A DNA stretch of 54,892 bases. Origin: Perkinsus olseni (lineage: Eukaryota). How positions within the stretch are numbered: the stretch's first letter is position 1; every line of letters starts with the position of its first letter. This document shows positions 1 to 12,892 of this stretch, in pieces. Where the stretch lies: positions 1 to 54,892 of the forward strand of contig JABANN010000191.1 of the NCBI GenBank assembly GCA_013115125.1. The letters run 5' to 3'. A program made the position numbers and the translations under genes. The notes beneath the pieces are model-generated. The model did no database searches, was not told the origin of the DNA, and saw only the letters and a list, made by a program, of their open reading frames with translations.

Positions 1-366
1 CCCGTAAAAGCTCCGTAGTAACGGAGAAAGCTCAATTTCTGCGATTTGCATATCAAAAGCGAACGCACTGTATATGTACGAGTCTATTACGAAGCTCGTA
101 GGTTTTAGGTCACGAAGCTTCGCGAGTGACTTGGGTTCAGAGTGCGACCTGTTTGTCGCAGGTTGTCGAGCATCTACCCGACAGTGTACCGCTGTCTTTT
201 AGAGCCTCTCTAGTGGAGAACCAAGAAGAGCAAGATTGCAGCCGACCAAAGCAAGTTGCTTTAAGCAACCAGAATCAAGGATAATGAGTCGTCTAGCGCA
301 AGTGTCAGCAGAGTGAGAGTTGCGAACGTCCGGCGCGACTCTTCAACTTCCCTTTTTAACTTTCCT

Positions 367-2760
367 TTACTTCCTATTTACTTCAATTCGAGGAAGAGTC
401 TTTCCTTCCGAGGAAGACTTTCTTTCCGTGGCCGACGACGTTTCTTTCGTGGATGCCCTAGTGCGACTCTGCATAATGACGAGCATATTCCAAGAGGCTC
501 TTCCGTATAGTGTCACACTATGCGGAAGAATCTTATGGCAATACGGGCTGCTACTTTTCGACGCGTTCCCCACCCGTTACCCTTGAGCAAAGGCCCAGTG
601 ATCGAGACCTGCCGCAGTTAACACCTTCGGTTCCAACTCAGGGAACGCTTCCGAGGCCTCGCTTAGGAAGTCTTGTAAGAAGTCACGGAAGTCCTTCATG
701 TTGGAACCTGATAAGGCTGTCAACCCTCCCCATCGAGCTGGAGGAGTTTTGCCGCCAAACTATCAAATCAGCCCGAGATATGATACACGAATATCGTCGT
801 GTATCAGTACGACGCAAAGCCGGTAATCTCAGCCCCAGAGACTCAACAGACGGAACCTACCTTGTCCAGAAGCTGCCATGATACAGGTTAGCAAACAATT
901 AAACCCTGCGACCGAGTGATTGGTCCACTTGCACGAATTGCGGAATTCCAGAATGTTCCCAGACTGGGAATCCCAGTGATCACTACGTGAGTTAAAAACT
1001 CGACAAGATGGAAGACAGATAAATCGACCATTGACGAGACAAGTACGCGATTCGGCAAGGATTGTTCATTAACAGGAAAGATGACAATAGGATCAACTTC
1101 CAAATCACTTACCGAGTGGACGCTCTCCTTGAAACTCCTGATAACTTATCAGGTGATTCACCGACTACCATCAGGACCTTCATCACGTGCCGGTCTACAA
1201 ACAGCATGATCCATGGCAGCAGTGGCGTGTCACAGGAGTCGCCCCCCCCTGCCAGTAGCCCGCCGCCGTCGAGGCATCTTTCAGCAAGAGCGAGCGCAGC
1301 GACTGCCATGCCGTAGGCTAGGACAACTCCCGAGGGCAAGTCAGGCAAGGTAAAGATGTTACGAGCAAGCTCACTGGCCGTTTCCCGGCCCTGATGATGA
1401 TAAAGCCGTATTGCCCTCGTAGCCCTGGGAAAGCAGTTCTTCCACCAGGAGATACGGCGGCGGCAGCGGATGGGACCCGAAAGTATCGGGCTGCTCCAGA
1501 GGACCGCGACGGCCCTGCTGACCCTCGTTGTCCGGCCGAAATCCACACGCATAAGATACGCAGTGAAATCTGTATGTGTGGCAGTAGAGCAGCAACGCGT
1601 CACCGCCCGGAAAACACGACCGTACCTGAGGACGCCGTGAAGCACTATTAATACTTCTACTACTGGGAACCTCAGGCACCGATCCACTATCATTGCTATC
1701 ACTGTCGGTCTCCGACCGACCCACATGGACACGGACGACTCTGCACTCCCGATACTCTGGAAACCAGAACCTTTCGATAAGCATTCATGCATGGAATCGT
1801 TGACGCGCGAACGCGAGCTCTCGGTCGGGGAGTCCCAGGATACGCAAGCCGATGTTAAGGATAACTCCAGCCTCGCAACGAAGCTGAGGAAGTGGTTGTC
1901 CGAGTCAACTTCATACGCAACGTAGTGGCGTCTCCTGAACCATGTGAGGACGCCTCTCGTTGCCTCCTGTCATCACCAAGGCTCAAACCGAATACTACCA
2001 CAAACTCGAACCGATTCCCGATACAATAATGATTCCATCGTTACCGCCACTACAACGTCACCGAATCCTACCACCAACACCAAATACTAGTCATCTGAAT
2101 CAGACAAAATAGCAACAACGATGATGATAATGATCTATCGAATGTAATGGCCCGATGCCAAAGTCTCTGTCCCTGTCGTCCCTATCATAATGAGAGGAAA
2201 AGGCCTCGTGGATAATGTTATTGCCGCAGCCANNNNNNNNNNNNNNNNNNNNNNNNNNNNNNNNNNNNNNNNNNNNNNNNNNNNNNNNNNNNNNNNNNNN
2301 NNNNNNNNNNNNNNNNNNNNNNNNNNNNNNCACAGGACACAGAACAGCCACAGAATGTTATTGCCGCAGCCACAGGACACAGAACAGCCACAGAATGTTA
2401 TTGCCGCAGCCACAGGACACAGAACAGCCACAGAATGTTATTGCCACTCAGTGGAGATGCTCAGTCTGAACATCTCGTGCGCATGCTGGATGTGACCCTT
2501 CTCTCCCTGCTATCCATGCGCATTAGAACGCAACAGTAGAGGTCGCAGGTTCGATTCTCACGGCCGACACTTCCAAAAAACCCTGCCAGCTGAGCTTCAC
2601 ACTACTCGAGATGGTGTAAAAGCCCTCCCCCAGACGGTCCTTGTCAAGGACTCCTTGAAGTGGTCACAATAGCAGCCGACCCGACGCTACACCAAAGGGG
2701 GACTTGGTCTGAGATCACGTGCGAATGATAATGACTATCCTCGATGCCACTGCGGTGGAG
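367..2760 (-). CDS. Probable multi-exon hypothetical protein (boundaries uncertain, may extend beyond the window start)
   Basis: Several protein-like minus-strand segments (1109-1792 ORF; MKDFRDFLQDFLSEASEAFPELEPK near 600-700; GEKGHIQHAHEMFRLS near 2450-2510) are separated by GT..AG-like gaps. No family recognised. Confidence 0.3.
2212..2446. repeat. 40-bp tandem repeat (CACAGGACACAGAACAGCCACAGAATGTTATTGCCGCAGC) spanning an assembly gap
   Basis: About 3 visible units plus a partial unit on the other side of the N-run. Confidence 0.95.
2540..2569 (+). other. tRNA 3'-half-like element (B-box, T-arm, acceptor 3' strand)
   Basis: GGTC-GCAGG-TTCGATT-CTCAC-GGCCGAC-A has exact tRNA position 45-73 spacing. 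The T-stem pairs poorly and no 5' half lies upstream. Confidence 0.55.
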
Positions 2761-2902
2761 ACCACTGCTAGTTTCGGAAACCTCACGGCCCCTCCGCGTA
2801 ATCGTCGATCGAAGGATGCACTTAGATTCAACCAACACAAAACCACAACTGCGCGCTCGTTTCAATAGTAATATGAATTCATTACGCATAACATCATGTT
2901 GA

Positions 2903-5900
2903 TCACCATTCAATGTAACCGGCAGGGCCCTGCGCATCTTCAATGTTGAGGTCTCCTGGATGTGGCCTCGAAGGGCGGCTGCCCAAATCATCAAACCTAC
3001 GGCTGTCCTCCTCCGACAGATGTATGGACTCCAACGAGGTCTCAGCAGCAAGGCCTCTGCGGTGCAACGCCGGCTGTGGTATCTCTACGGAATTGAGGAC
3101 ACCCTCGACCTCGACAGCTTCCACCCTCCTCCTCCTGCTAGTCCTCTCGGCAACCACCTGGTGGATGGGCAGGACTTCGGACTCTTCCTCCGATCCTGGT
3201 GAGGTGACCGGCATAGTCTCAATCACACTCTCACCACAGCTGGCACCACCCTCCACTCCCTCTTGCTCCCCTTCACTCTCCGCACCAATCTCTTCACCAT
3301 CCTGGGGGGCAGCAGTCCCTTCTCCCTCCTGCTCTCCTTCACTTCCCGTGCCGCTCTGTCCACCCTCCCGAGGCGGTGGGACAGCAGTCCCTTCTCCCTC
3401 CTGCTCTCCTTCACTTCCGGTGCCGCTCTGTCCATCCTCCCGAGGCGGAGGGTCAGCAGTCTCTTCTCCCTCCTGGTCGTCTCTTCTGCCTGCGATGAGT
3501 GCTGCCAGGCTAGCAGTGAAGAGCTCATCGACAACAGCCACCCTCGGGCTAGTAGTGACATACCGAGGCGGCAGTCCAGCTCCGCTTCCCCTCACAACTC
3601 CCTCCAACGCCCCCTGTACGAGGGACCCAGCCCTCTGCCGAGTAGGAAGGGACTCGACCAAAGACCGGAGCTCAGCCGTAGGACGAAGGGCCGTCACCGC
3701 GGATTGAACCCTCGTGGATGTTACAGACTCCCCTGCCTCAGCGTTCTCTACCGAACCCTCCGGAGAGGCTCGCATTCCGATGCTGCCCTCCTCAGAATTC
3801 CTCTGCAAAGACTCCTCCTCACCCTCACCTGCCTCCAAAGGGGTCTCCACGAGGAACGAAGTGCCCGGCGGCCCTTCCGACACCCCCCGGGGTATCGGGG
3901 TCTCCTCTACACGCTCTTCAACCTCTTCCACCGACGACAACGACTCTCCTGCCTCTTCCCTCTCGTTCCGAGCAACCAGTTCCACAGCCCGCAGCAGCTC
4001 CCCTTCGGTCACGGCCTTCGAGGCCCTCTCCTCTGCAATGCTGTCCTCGGGAGTAGTGCCCAACGCTGGTGATGGCTGTTGGCACGCAGCCTCCACCGTC
4101 AGCTTAGGAGTCGGGTTCTCCAACAGCATCTTGCCGAGGACCGAGTCAGTGACCACCGACTTGAACATGTCCTGCATCTCGGCGATGATGTTCTCCCTCC
4201 TCTCAGTGCTCATCCGGCGGGCCACCTTCTCATCCACACGTTGCCGCCGCAGTACAGCGATCTCGTTCTCGATCGGCCCCTCCCCACTCAACGCGACCTC
4301 CTCAGCCCTCCTGCAGTCCTCCCTCTGCAAGCTCGCATTGTCGCTGTCATCTTCCAAGTCACCAGCGTAGGTGGTGTGGACCTCCTCCCTCCGTCCTACC
4401 GGTGCCAGGCTGACTGCACGAGAGACGGCTCTCTGGAGGTTGGAGGCGATCCACTCTTCGTGCCGCTCAGTGGCCGTCTTCTGCCTGACACACGCACCAC
4501 GGAGGACAGATCGCGCACAGCAAAGGTTACTTCTCATCCAACATCCCTAGCCTTCGGTCGATCTCTTCCCCCAACTCGCCCAGGTTCAGCTGCATCTTCT
4601 CTGAGATCATCTGAAGGACAATCGGATCATGATTACCAACATCGGATGAGCAGACAAAGTAAATGAAGTCACCAGGTGATCCACCAGCATATCATCCTCT
4701 GACTAACACCAAGGCTCAGCGCACGATCAGCTCAGGATTTCAAACGCATCGCACCCCGGTAGATGCACAGGCCAGCACAAGGCTGACCTCCTTGATGCAT
4801 GCCTCGAGGTCCTCCCGAAGGGTAGCTGCCTGCCGACGGGATTCGGTCGTGAGACGATCAACCAGCGGCTCAGATGCCGATAATATCGTCGGGGGCGCCT
4901 CGGCCGCCGTCTGTAACAGCAGTCACCATGGACGAGGAGGGACAGCCGACACCACCTGCGCCCCCGCTGGCGGCTCTTCGAATTTCAACGCCATCAACTG
5001 GTCGACCTTAGCATTGAGGTCGGTGTAGCACTGCAGCAGCAGCTCCTCCCCAACACCATTCTGCTGTTGGACACTGGCAAGGCGACGAGCGTCCAACGGC
5101 AGTCTTGACGCCTCCGCCTTACGTCACGACATTCTCCTTCTCAGCTTCCTCGGAAGTTGGAAGGGCCGGTGCTGCAGCATGGCGCCTCTTGACGTGTTCC
5201 GTGAGGTAATGGGCGTCCTCGAACCTCTTTCCACAGTCACCGCAAGGGACCCCCCTCGGACGGTAGGCTGTGCCCCCCTCGCCCGCCACAGCGAGGAGTC
5301 GGCTCTTCAACCTCTTCTTGGTAGTAGTCAGCTCGGCCACCCTCCCCATGAGCTGCTCTGTGATCTGATAACTCTGACTGTACATCGAGAGGGTGAACTC
5401 TAGCCCCAGTTGCAGTAGGTGTATGAGAGCGAGTATCTGCTCATCTGCCACGGTTTGGAGGTCCTCTGGTGATACCTGATGCGATGTATTTTGAACCACG
5501 CTGGAGAGATGGTTCTCACGTTGGCGAATGCAACCTCTTGTAAGACCTCCTGCAGTCGGGCAACGTCCCCCTTGGACACGATGCTCTCAACTAGCTCCGG
5601 CCGACAAATCTGACAACATCATCGAAGTTAATGGGTACACGCCGACAATAATGATGAGGCTGGTTATGGCGTCTTACTAAGACGGTCTTAGTATTATAAA
5701 TGCGCTTATGACATTCACATTGTCGATGCGCGGCCGACTTCATCAACATGCATGCAGGGATAGACGCCATCACACTAGATAACAAGCAGCCACCGAGCTC
5801 ATCAACAGTGTTCTCTACACTAGATTTCGCCAATGACCACGACGATGAGGCACCTGCCGCCACTTCAGCTTTTCGTTCTTTTCCTTGAAGGTGAATTTGA

Positions 5901-5973
5901 ACTCCCCTGCAGAGGAGCCGTCCACACCTCCTCCCAGGGATGGTGGATTGGCTAGAAGCGACAGCGCGCTCAT
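2903..5973 (-). CDS. DZIP1/Iguana-like C2H2 zinc-finger ciliary protein, multi-exon, with long acidic low-complexity C-terminus
   Basis: Spliced reading gives FKFTFKEKNEKLKWRQ|ICRPELVESIVSKGDVARLQEVLQEVAFAN|VSPEDL...LIHLLQLGLEFTL (Dzip-like N domain) then CGDCGKRFEDAHYLTEHVKRRH. GT-AG introns (e.g. 5610-5853) join it to the 544-aa ORF 2903-4537. Confidence 0.8.
3290..3475. repeat. 72-bp coding tandem repeat (24 aa, GEGTAVPPPREGGQSGTGSEGEQE) in the DZIP1-like gene
   Basis: About 2.5 near-identical units visible in DNA and in the ORF translation. Confidence 0.85.
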
Positions 5974-6121
5974 GCACGGAGGGTGACGGTGAAATTGAGA
6001 ACTGTGCGGATGATACCCCTCATCACCGGGATTCGCGAAAAATATGGTCGAACTGCACTGGACGCAAAACTCAGTCAGTTGTGGACAAAACCATGGACTA
6101 CAGTATGTAACCTTGATGAAG

Positions 6122-8619
6122 CTAATCCAGCAAGGCCGCCCCAGTGGGCACCTCCAGAGCACCCTCCTCCTCTTCTTCTGTATCGCACTCCAGGATGGTG
6201 TCCGGCTGAAGCTTATCAACGGCAATGTCAATCTGAGGAACATGATCTCCTTCTAGCGTAATGAAGTTACTCGTATGAAGCATCGAAAGATTTCACCCAT
6301 TTACCTTCAACACTTCCCCATCGAATTCACATTTCTGGACGCCTCCCGCGAAGCGTGTAGGGAACCAGCTGATCAGGGTACGATACTTTCGATGACCCGA
6401 GAAGGGAGGATTGTGGCGGATACGCACACACTCGTCAGAGGCCTCAACCTCGATGTGAGACGCAGTGAGGACTCCCGTTAGTGTCACCTGAGAGGAGCGC
6501 ACCGCGAAGAAAAGGCGCCAACTGTCCGAGTCTTGGAGAAGACCGACTGCCAGAAACGGATGTAGATCGAGTGTAATTTGTCGTCGGAGTATCGCCTAGC
6601 AGATCTCCACAGACGACGTCTGTCTACCGCAACGTACCCTGATCTCACAGACGGACCCTCGGAGGGGCTGTAAAGGGTCGTCCACGGGTACTGCCATCGA
6701 GGAGCCTCCGAGACTTCCCGTAAAACTGCTGGCATCCGAGTCTGCTACACCCCCCTCCAGCACGGACAAGGGAAGCCTGTACCAAAAGCTTCTTTGATCG
6801 TATCGCGAGACGGCAGCGCTCCTCGGAGCGGCGGCGGCGGCGGATGCTGAGCTCACTCGTATGTATCCTCCTCATCATCCCCTCTCTTGAACAGTCTCCT
6901 TCTAAGATTCTCTCTGACAGACTTCCGGCCAGAGCGGTATATGGACAAGTCAAAACCGTCGAAATAAACCCTAAGCATCGAGTAGCTCCCCAAGGCCAGC
7001 AGCGGTACATTCAGACGTCGTCTGACCGACGATCCCTATAGATTCAACCCACCCGCTGTATGTGTTGCGGTAGAAGATGGTGAATTGCGGCATGGGCAGC
7101 TGTTCGTCGAGGTCCACCTTCGACCTTGGATACTCATCATGTGGCGATGCTGCCGCTTCAGGACCCGCAGTAGGGACCTCTGCTATGGCCGACTCCCTCT
7201 TAACTCTTATCCGTTGCTGTGGTATGGTGCTGCCTGAGACAGGCGAATCCAGTAGTGTGAACTGCATGGTGAATAAGGTGACTGCAGGATGAAGTAACAG
7301 TCGGCCCTGAGGAAGTGCTCCCAAGCCACATCGGGGGCCACTTTCCTCTACAGTATATCATCAAGGGTGTTTATCGCGGATCGGCCACAGCGAGGATCGA
7401 CCGGCCTTCCTTCATTCTACAACTGCCTGGCCACTCCGATCAATGGTCGAGGGACGTCCATGTAGCGCACCGCCGCCCTCCTCACCTTTATACCTCATCC
7501 TGGGCGTCACGAAGTTGTCCACGTCCAGAGAGTCCATACCGTATTTACGGCCAACACCAGACAAGGCCAGTTGGCATATACTCTTCCTGAGCACACCACG
7601 GCATGATGATGGCCTCTCGATGGGCAGCAGCCTACTTGTATTCCCCTCCGTCCGCGGCCTCCATCGCTTTCTTGAGGACCTCAGGATTGAAGACAACATC
7701 GATCCTGAAGCGCGACCGATCCTGATGAGGACAGCTCGTCGTTCTCATCAGCATGATGGGTAGCAAGTGAGGTGAAGCCTACGCCTGCCAATCAACCGAG
7801 CTCACTATCGATACCGCAACGCTTAGGCGGTCATTTCTATAATACCAACTGACCACCGGCTCATCCTTCGCTATGCACTGGATGACTTGGGGAAGCGAGA
7901 AATAGAGTATGAAAGTCCGCCGTTAGGGATAGAGGGTATACGGCAGACCAACAACAAACAGCTGATACTTCCTAAAAGGCCTCTGGTGCAGACTTACACG
8001 ACACAGCGGCCGCCCTTCCTGTCAGCATCTTCACGCTTCTCTCCGATACTCATTGGGACCCTTATCCCCTGTTGCTGCTCGCTGTTATCGAGGAAGGACT
8101 TCACATGGGGTGCCTCCACGTACCTAGATGACTCATCAATCCCTTTGGTAGAGTCCATAATGAAGAGGACCGTGCACGCAGGAGCTGTCTACACTCTAAG
8201 TGAGAGAATCAATCATCACTCTTAGATGACTCCCAGAGACCAGCCCCCGCGCTGGCCATTGGTCGTTTTTTTGGCGACCTATCCGATTTCCCTGCATGCT
8301 ACCGCCACAGAGACTCCCTAATTGAGCACAACGGCAAGGACCCTACTAAGCCGGGGCGGGCGTTGAACTATAAACTCACGAGAATGAGTCTTTTTATGAG
8401 CACCACCGTCGACAGAGCCCTATTAGAGATCGCGCTAGTCACCTACTCTGAGCTCGTCAGGTTCACAAAGATCTTCTCCCTGGTCTTCGTATCCCGAGTT
8501 TTCACCACCAGGCCAGGGTCGGGTCGAACCGTCACTCCCTGGTCGTCCCTCCTTAACAACAGGTCATCCTCCCTCGACTGGGATGAGCCGCCGTAACGGA
8601 CGTCGACTCCACCGAACAT
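6122..8619 (-). CDS. PIH1-domain protein (PIH1D1/DNAAF-like co-chaperone), multi-exon
   Basis: Exons translate to VRPDPGLVVKTRDTKTREKIFVNLTSSE, GIRVPMSIGEKREDADRKGGRCVV, IDVVFNPEVLKKA, ICQLALSGVGRKYG...PRMRYKG, typical PIH1 motifs. CS-like end FDGEVLK|IDIAV. ATG at 8619, TAG at 6122-6124. Confidence 0.85.
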
Positions 8620-9006
8620 TGTGTGGCTTCAACACACTACGACAGAAGAGGCCTCGGGAAGAGCAGGACAGCACTGCAATACTCGAGCGACTGATTGACA
8701 GCTGAACCTAACTGACTCAACAGCTGCGTGGCTTCCCTATCGAAACCTAGTCGAGTGATGGTGTCGTGTCGGTAACCAAGGAAAGTGTCCGTTGCACCAC
8801 CGGTGGACATCGTCCACTGGACGGGATACCCTCCAATATGAATGGCATGTCTAAGCCACTGACGCACCAGCCTCGCCCTCTCTTCAACCGTTGGGATACA
8901 AGCACGCCTGGGGCTGCTATTGCTGCCCCCTCGACGAACACTTCCGGATACGATAATACTCCTATATCCCTCCTCGTTCTAACCGATTCCCACCACCACT
9001 CGGATG

Positions 9007-9028
9007 GATAAGGTCCTTATCATAAGGA
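9007..9028. mobile_element. Putative transposon excision footprint (7-8-7 motif, target GATAAGGA)
   Basis: GATAAGG-TCCTTATC-ATAAGGA = target minus last base, full reverse complement, target minus first base. Confidence 0.6.
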
Positions 9029-10275
9029 GACCCTGATCTTGGCCCCGAGTGGATACGACATGGCCTGATAATACTAGTATAACTTCCATTAAGAACTTTA
9101 ACCCAAGCGTTCAGCATAATCGTCGCTAAGTTGAAATGAGCGTCATGTATCACAATCGGAGCCGATACGATGTCCCGAATATAACCCCGGCGACACTCTC
9201 GGCTATTGGGGGCGAACTTGAAGAGAAGGCGTTGGAAGATGAGACGAGCGCATGAATTCTGAGGCCTTGTCATTGGCAAGCTGCCAAGGACCTAAAGTAT
9301 CTCTCCAGGAATCGAGCAATTGAGAAACAACCGGCGACACTTCTCAGACAACAGTGTACGAACAAGGAGAGGATGTGCCGTTTATTGATTGGAATGCTGT
9401 TAGCAGACTGAGGGGAATGGGAAAAGCTCGAAGGCGTCAACAACACTTGCGCCTGATAGCCAGTCGCCTCCAGTCTGAGGCGAAAATAGAAGGACGTTGG
9501 ATAGAGTGAAGCTAAGCATAATAGGATTTCGTTGGACCGGAGATATGATCGACTCGTAGGTGTATGCATGGGACCCCCTCAGCCATGGCGCACAGCACGG
9601 GCGTTTGAACGGAGGTGGCGAGCGTGATGAGGAGTGGCGTCTCCGATGTTTCCCAGTCTCGCTTGCCCTACGAGCACCATAGCCCGCATAATGACCAGCG
9701 GATTCTACGGTGTTATCCTACTCCTGGGTCTCCCTAGGCCCACACCATCGCCTCAAGTCCCTGGGTATCGGGCGAACATCGAGGCTCCGTTGATAATGGC
9801 GGGCGAGTACGGAATCATCGATTTCGATAAGAGCAAGATAAGCTCTCCAAAGGATTTGAGAATGGACGTTGAAGCAGGACGCCAGAAGGATTCTCGATAC
9901 ATTGGGTTGAACTTCGAGCACGCTGATGGGAACACCTATGATGTTCAGAACGTGTCCCCGGTGATACCCCCGCACTACGCCAAGCCGTTGAGCGGGGATC
10001 TAAGAAGGAGGTGTTGGAAGGTGAGACGGACTCGTCAGTTCTACCACCTGGCGAATCCTGTCGGGCAAATGAATACGGTGAGTGAGGCTTTCCCCAGGGA
10101 TCTATCCCATGCTGCACTCGGCACCACCCTGGTGTGCCAAGTTGATGACAACACGATAAGCCTGGGGCTTTGCAAGGTGCTGGGCTTTTGCGAGGCAGAA
10201 TATGAAGAATCCGACTACATTTTCGTGATTTTAAAGCGATGGAATGGTGGAAGTCGGAGCAACCCAGGACGACCC

Positions 10276-10452
10276 CTACAGAGCCCCACTGTCAGCTCTT
10301 CCGTTGACCGAGCATAACGGCCACTACAGAGCCCCAGTGTCAGCTCATCTGTTGGACGAAGAGGAGAGCCACTACAGAGCCCTTCTATCAGCTCATCTGT
10401 TGGACGAAGAGGAGGGCAACCGCAGAGCCCTTCTATCAGCTCATCTGTTGGG
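10276..10452. repeat. 48-bp (16 aa) tandem repeat, ~4 units
   Basis: C(T/C)(A/G)CAGAGCCC recurs at 10276, 10324, 10372 and 10420. A more diverged array is in copy 2 (~14865-15040). Confidence 0.85.
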
Positions 10453-10551
10453 CCCCTTAATGCCGCTCGAGCCGCTAGTCCCCCAGTAAGCGAATACTCC
10501 TCAGCGGGCCGAAAGAGGAAAGCTGATGGCGACATTATTCTCGAGTCCATC

Positions 10552-10573
10552 TTCCGACGGTCGGAATCCGACC
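10552..10573. mobile_element. Putative transposon excision footprint (7-8-7 motif, target TTCCGACC)
   Basis: TTCCGAC-GGTCGGAA-TCCGACC. The paralogous site near 15142 has a single GTCCGACC, so 14 nt were added. Confidence 0.7.
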
Positions 10574-12299
10574 AAAATCACTCACGTTGACATACCATTC
10601 GAAGAGTACTCCACGACGGACCAAGCTGATTCCACAACGAAGGAGGAGGCCTCACACGCCCCTTGGGGCGGAGAACAACAAGTAATCGTAAAACAGATGG
10701 AAGATGGCGAGATTAGAACTTATCGTAAGCTTTAGTTGAGTTGATTTCCATACGCGACGTTAACTGTGGTGTTCATCTTCTCGTTGTTGTTGCTGTTCGA
10801 TAGTACGATGCAATTCCCAGCGAGATCTTCTTGATACCATAAATGGCACAATTATCGTGGCACGAGCGGCCCCGTTATGTCTCTCTAATTGACGTTTGCC
10901 GCTTCCGCGAGCATACAAGATGACGGAACCAAGCTCATTGCGAAATCACAGCCGCCACACCTGATGGATCTCCCTCACTACCAGCTCGGCCTGTTGCAGC
11001 ACACTAGCGGACAGATTGGAGCCTATAGAAACACTAGTGACGTCATTAGCGCTACGATCATCTGAGGCATGATTATCGGGTCGCTAGTCGATACATGGCG
11101 CGACTCCATCCCATAAGGCAGTAGTAGTTTAAAATTGCAGGCCCTGCACAATTGCGTCACTGTAGTGACGAGCTTACATTGACTCAGCTCCCCTGGACAC
11201 ATCAGGCTACTCCTATTCCGCCGAAGCTGGATTACTCAGTCGTATCTGAATAAATGACATGCATACGCTGCCGAACACTGGTAGCAACTGTTGCTGAGCA
11301 ACATGATATAGCACACGAGCGTTCATTTCTTCTGCGAACTGTCTGAGAGATCGAGCAACAAAAGTTTTGTCGCTCGATCCCTTTGGCGGTTTTGCTACCA
11401 AACTGTAATGAGATTGGGTGCTTTGGTAGTTAACGAAATTTTAGGTATGAAGACGAGGATATATCGAAGAAATTCAATGAATACGTCTCCGACTATGAGC
11501 CGACGGAGCTACACATTATCCAACTCTCGAGGAGACTCAGATTCAAGCGCGGATATTCCAACCGACAAGTTTTAGATGAGGTGACTAAGGAACAGGAATA
11601 CAGAGAAGAGCTCCTAGTCTAGGAGAGCTCTCCTAGAAAACTCAACACAGACAACGCATTAGACACGTCCAAAATGGTTGCAGGAGTCTCATATTTGCAA
11701 CGTACATGCCGTTGTAGAGTTCTAAAACTGGCGCATGTCGACTCCTTATACTGTAGATTGACATATGCGCTCTACAGGATGCCACTGTAGTTCATTGACT
11801 CCTGAATTGATTCTTCGAGTTCAAAAGCTCAAGCAAACCTTTGTCAAAAGTTCTTCGTAGACCAACTCGGGCTATTCAACTCTGAGTGCCAAAGCGAAAG
11901 CCGCGATCGTCCGCTTCGGCATCCTCGGGTGCTGCTTCTCAGCCTGGCGGGAAAACTGTTTTGAAACAACTGATGTTTCTTCGTATTCGTAGTTAATAAA
12001 TATTGAACGAATCAATGAGCGCCCGGCTTCGTATGATATCTGTCATTCGTAGCTACCGTATTTGGTCTCCGCACACCGCCGGCTACGAACACCGGGAACC
12101 CGAGCCAGATGAGTTTGTAGGTGCAGTCGGCGCACATAATGCTCGCCCCGCTGCTCGGCGTGAGAAGCCTCTTAGTGGTGAAGTATGCATAGAAGTCGCC
12201 GCCTGTCCTCAAAATCAGACAGGTATCCATGTCCCCTCATTCGACACACCTCTTAGTGAAGCTGGACTACGTATGCTGTGTCAAGAGTGGCCCACCCAA

Positions 12300-12892
12300 A
12301 GTAGATAGGGCTATAAGAAGCGTAAACTAACTACCAGTTTCTTTAATCTCGCGTATGGTTTATTGAAAACCATATTTCAAATCGAATCCACCTTCACGCC
12401 TTTTCGGCGCCTCGAGATCTAACTCAATCTGCCTTCAGATCAGCAGTTAGCTGTCATCATGACGCGGTGCCGGGCCGCTATCACCAGTTGAACGGGCCAA
12501 GTTCAGCACTCATGATCACAGTCTGCGATGCGCAGATTCAATGACGAGTCTAATGCTTCCATGATGGAAGTTCCATCGATTGGAGAATCTCAGATCCTCC
12601 AAGTATGGTATCATTGAAAGATAATGGTTCTGGAGCTCTTCGCGAGCTCTGTCCCAGCAGCGTGGGACACGGTTTGCGGTTCGTGACGAGCCGTTCGTCA
12701 GAAAGTAGCAGCATGTCTTCAAAGTAGTGGAAATCATTAGTTTCCACCATCGTCAAGCGACCAATAAATCTCCACAGGTATGCCGACCGCCGCTCACCCT
12801 GATCTACAGCCTCGAAGTAAATGTAAAGGGTCGTCCACGGAGACGGTCATCGAGGACACATCAGACACTTTCCGTAAACCTGCTGGAACCCG
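12300..12892 (-). pseudogene. Decayed fragment of the 3' part of the PIH1 gene
   Basis: 12765-12890 aligns by eye to 6600-6740 (e.g. TGTAAAGGGTCGTCCACGG, CATCGAGGA, CCGTAAA.CTGCTGG). Weaker similarity extends left. Confidence 0.6.

Larger units (their letters stand above)
9646..10735 (+). pseudogene. Disrupted paralog of the 14233-15309 putative secreted protein
   Basis: Colinear with copy 2 through to EIRTYRKL*, but has an in-frame TAA at 10315-10317 and a frameshift near 10560 from a 14-nt insertion plus a 1-nt deletion. Confidence 0.8.

Noticed and set aside
888-1440. Possible BEL/Pao integrase remnant (IRLYHHQGRET..., PSLGTFW)
   Set aside because: The required CxxC and DDE motifs are absent and there are no RT/RNaseH or LTR traces. 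An ordinary spliced gene is more plausible.
8505-8540. GGTTCGACCC on the minus strand as another B-box element
   Set aside because: It lies within the conserved PIH1 coding motif VTVRPDPG and lacks the GGTC/T-stem geometry.
10315-10317. In-frame TAA as evidence of stop-codon reassignment
   Set aside because: The same copy also has a frameshift, and other genes here do not show internal TAA codons in their conserved exons.
11608-11638. CTAGGAGAG-CTCTCCTAG palindrome as a fresh footprint
   Set aside because: The paralogous region (~16080-16110) has a similar sequence, and the motif does not fit the 7-8-7 pattern cleanly.
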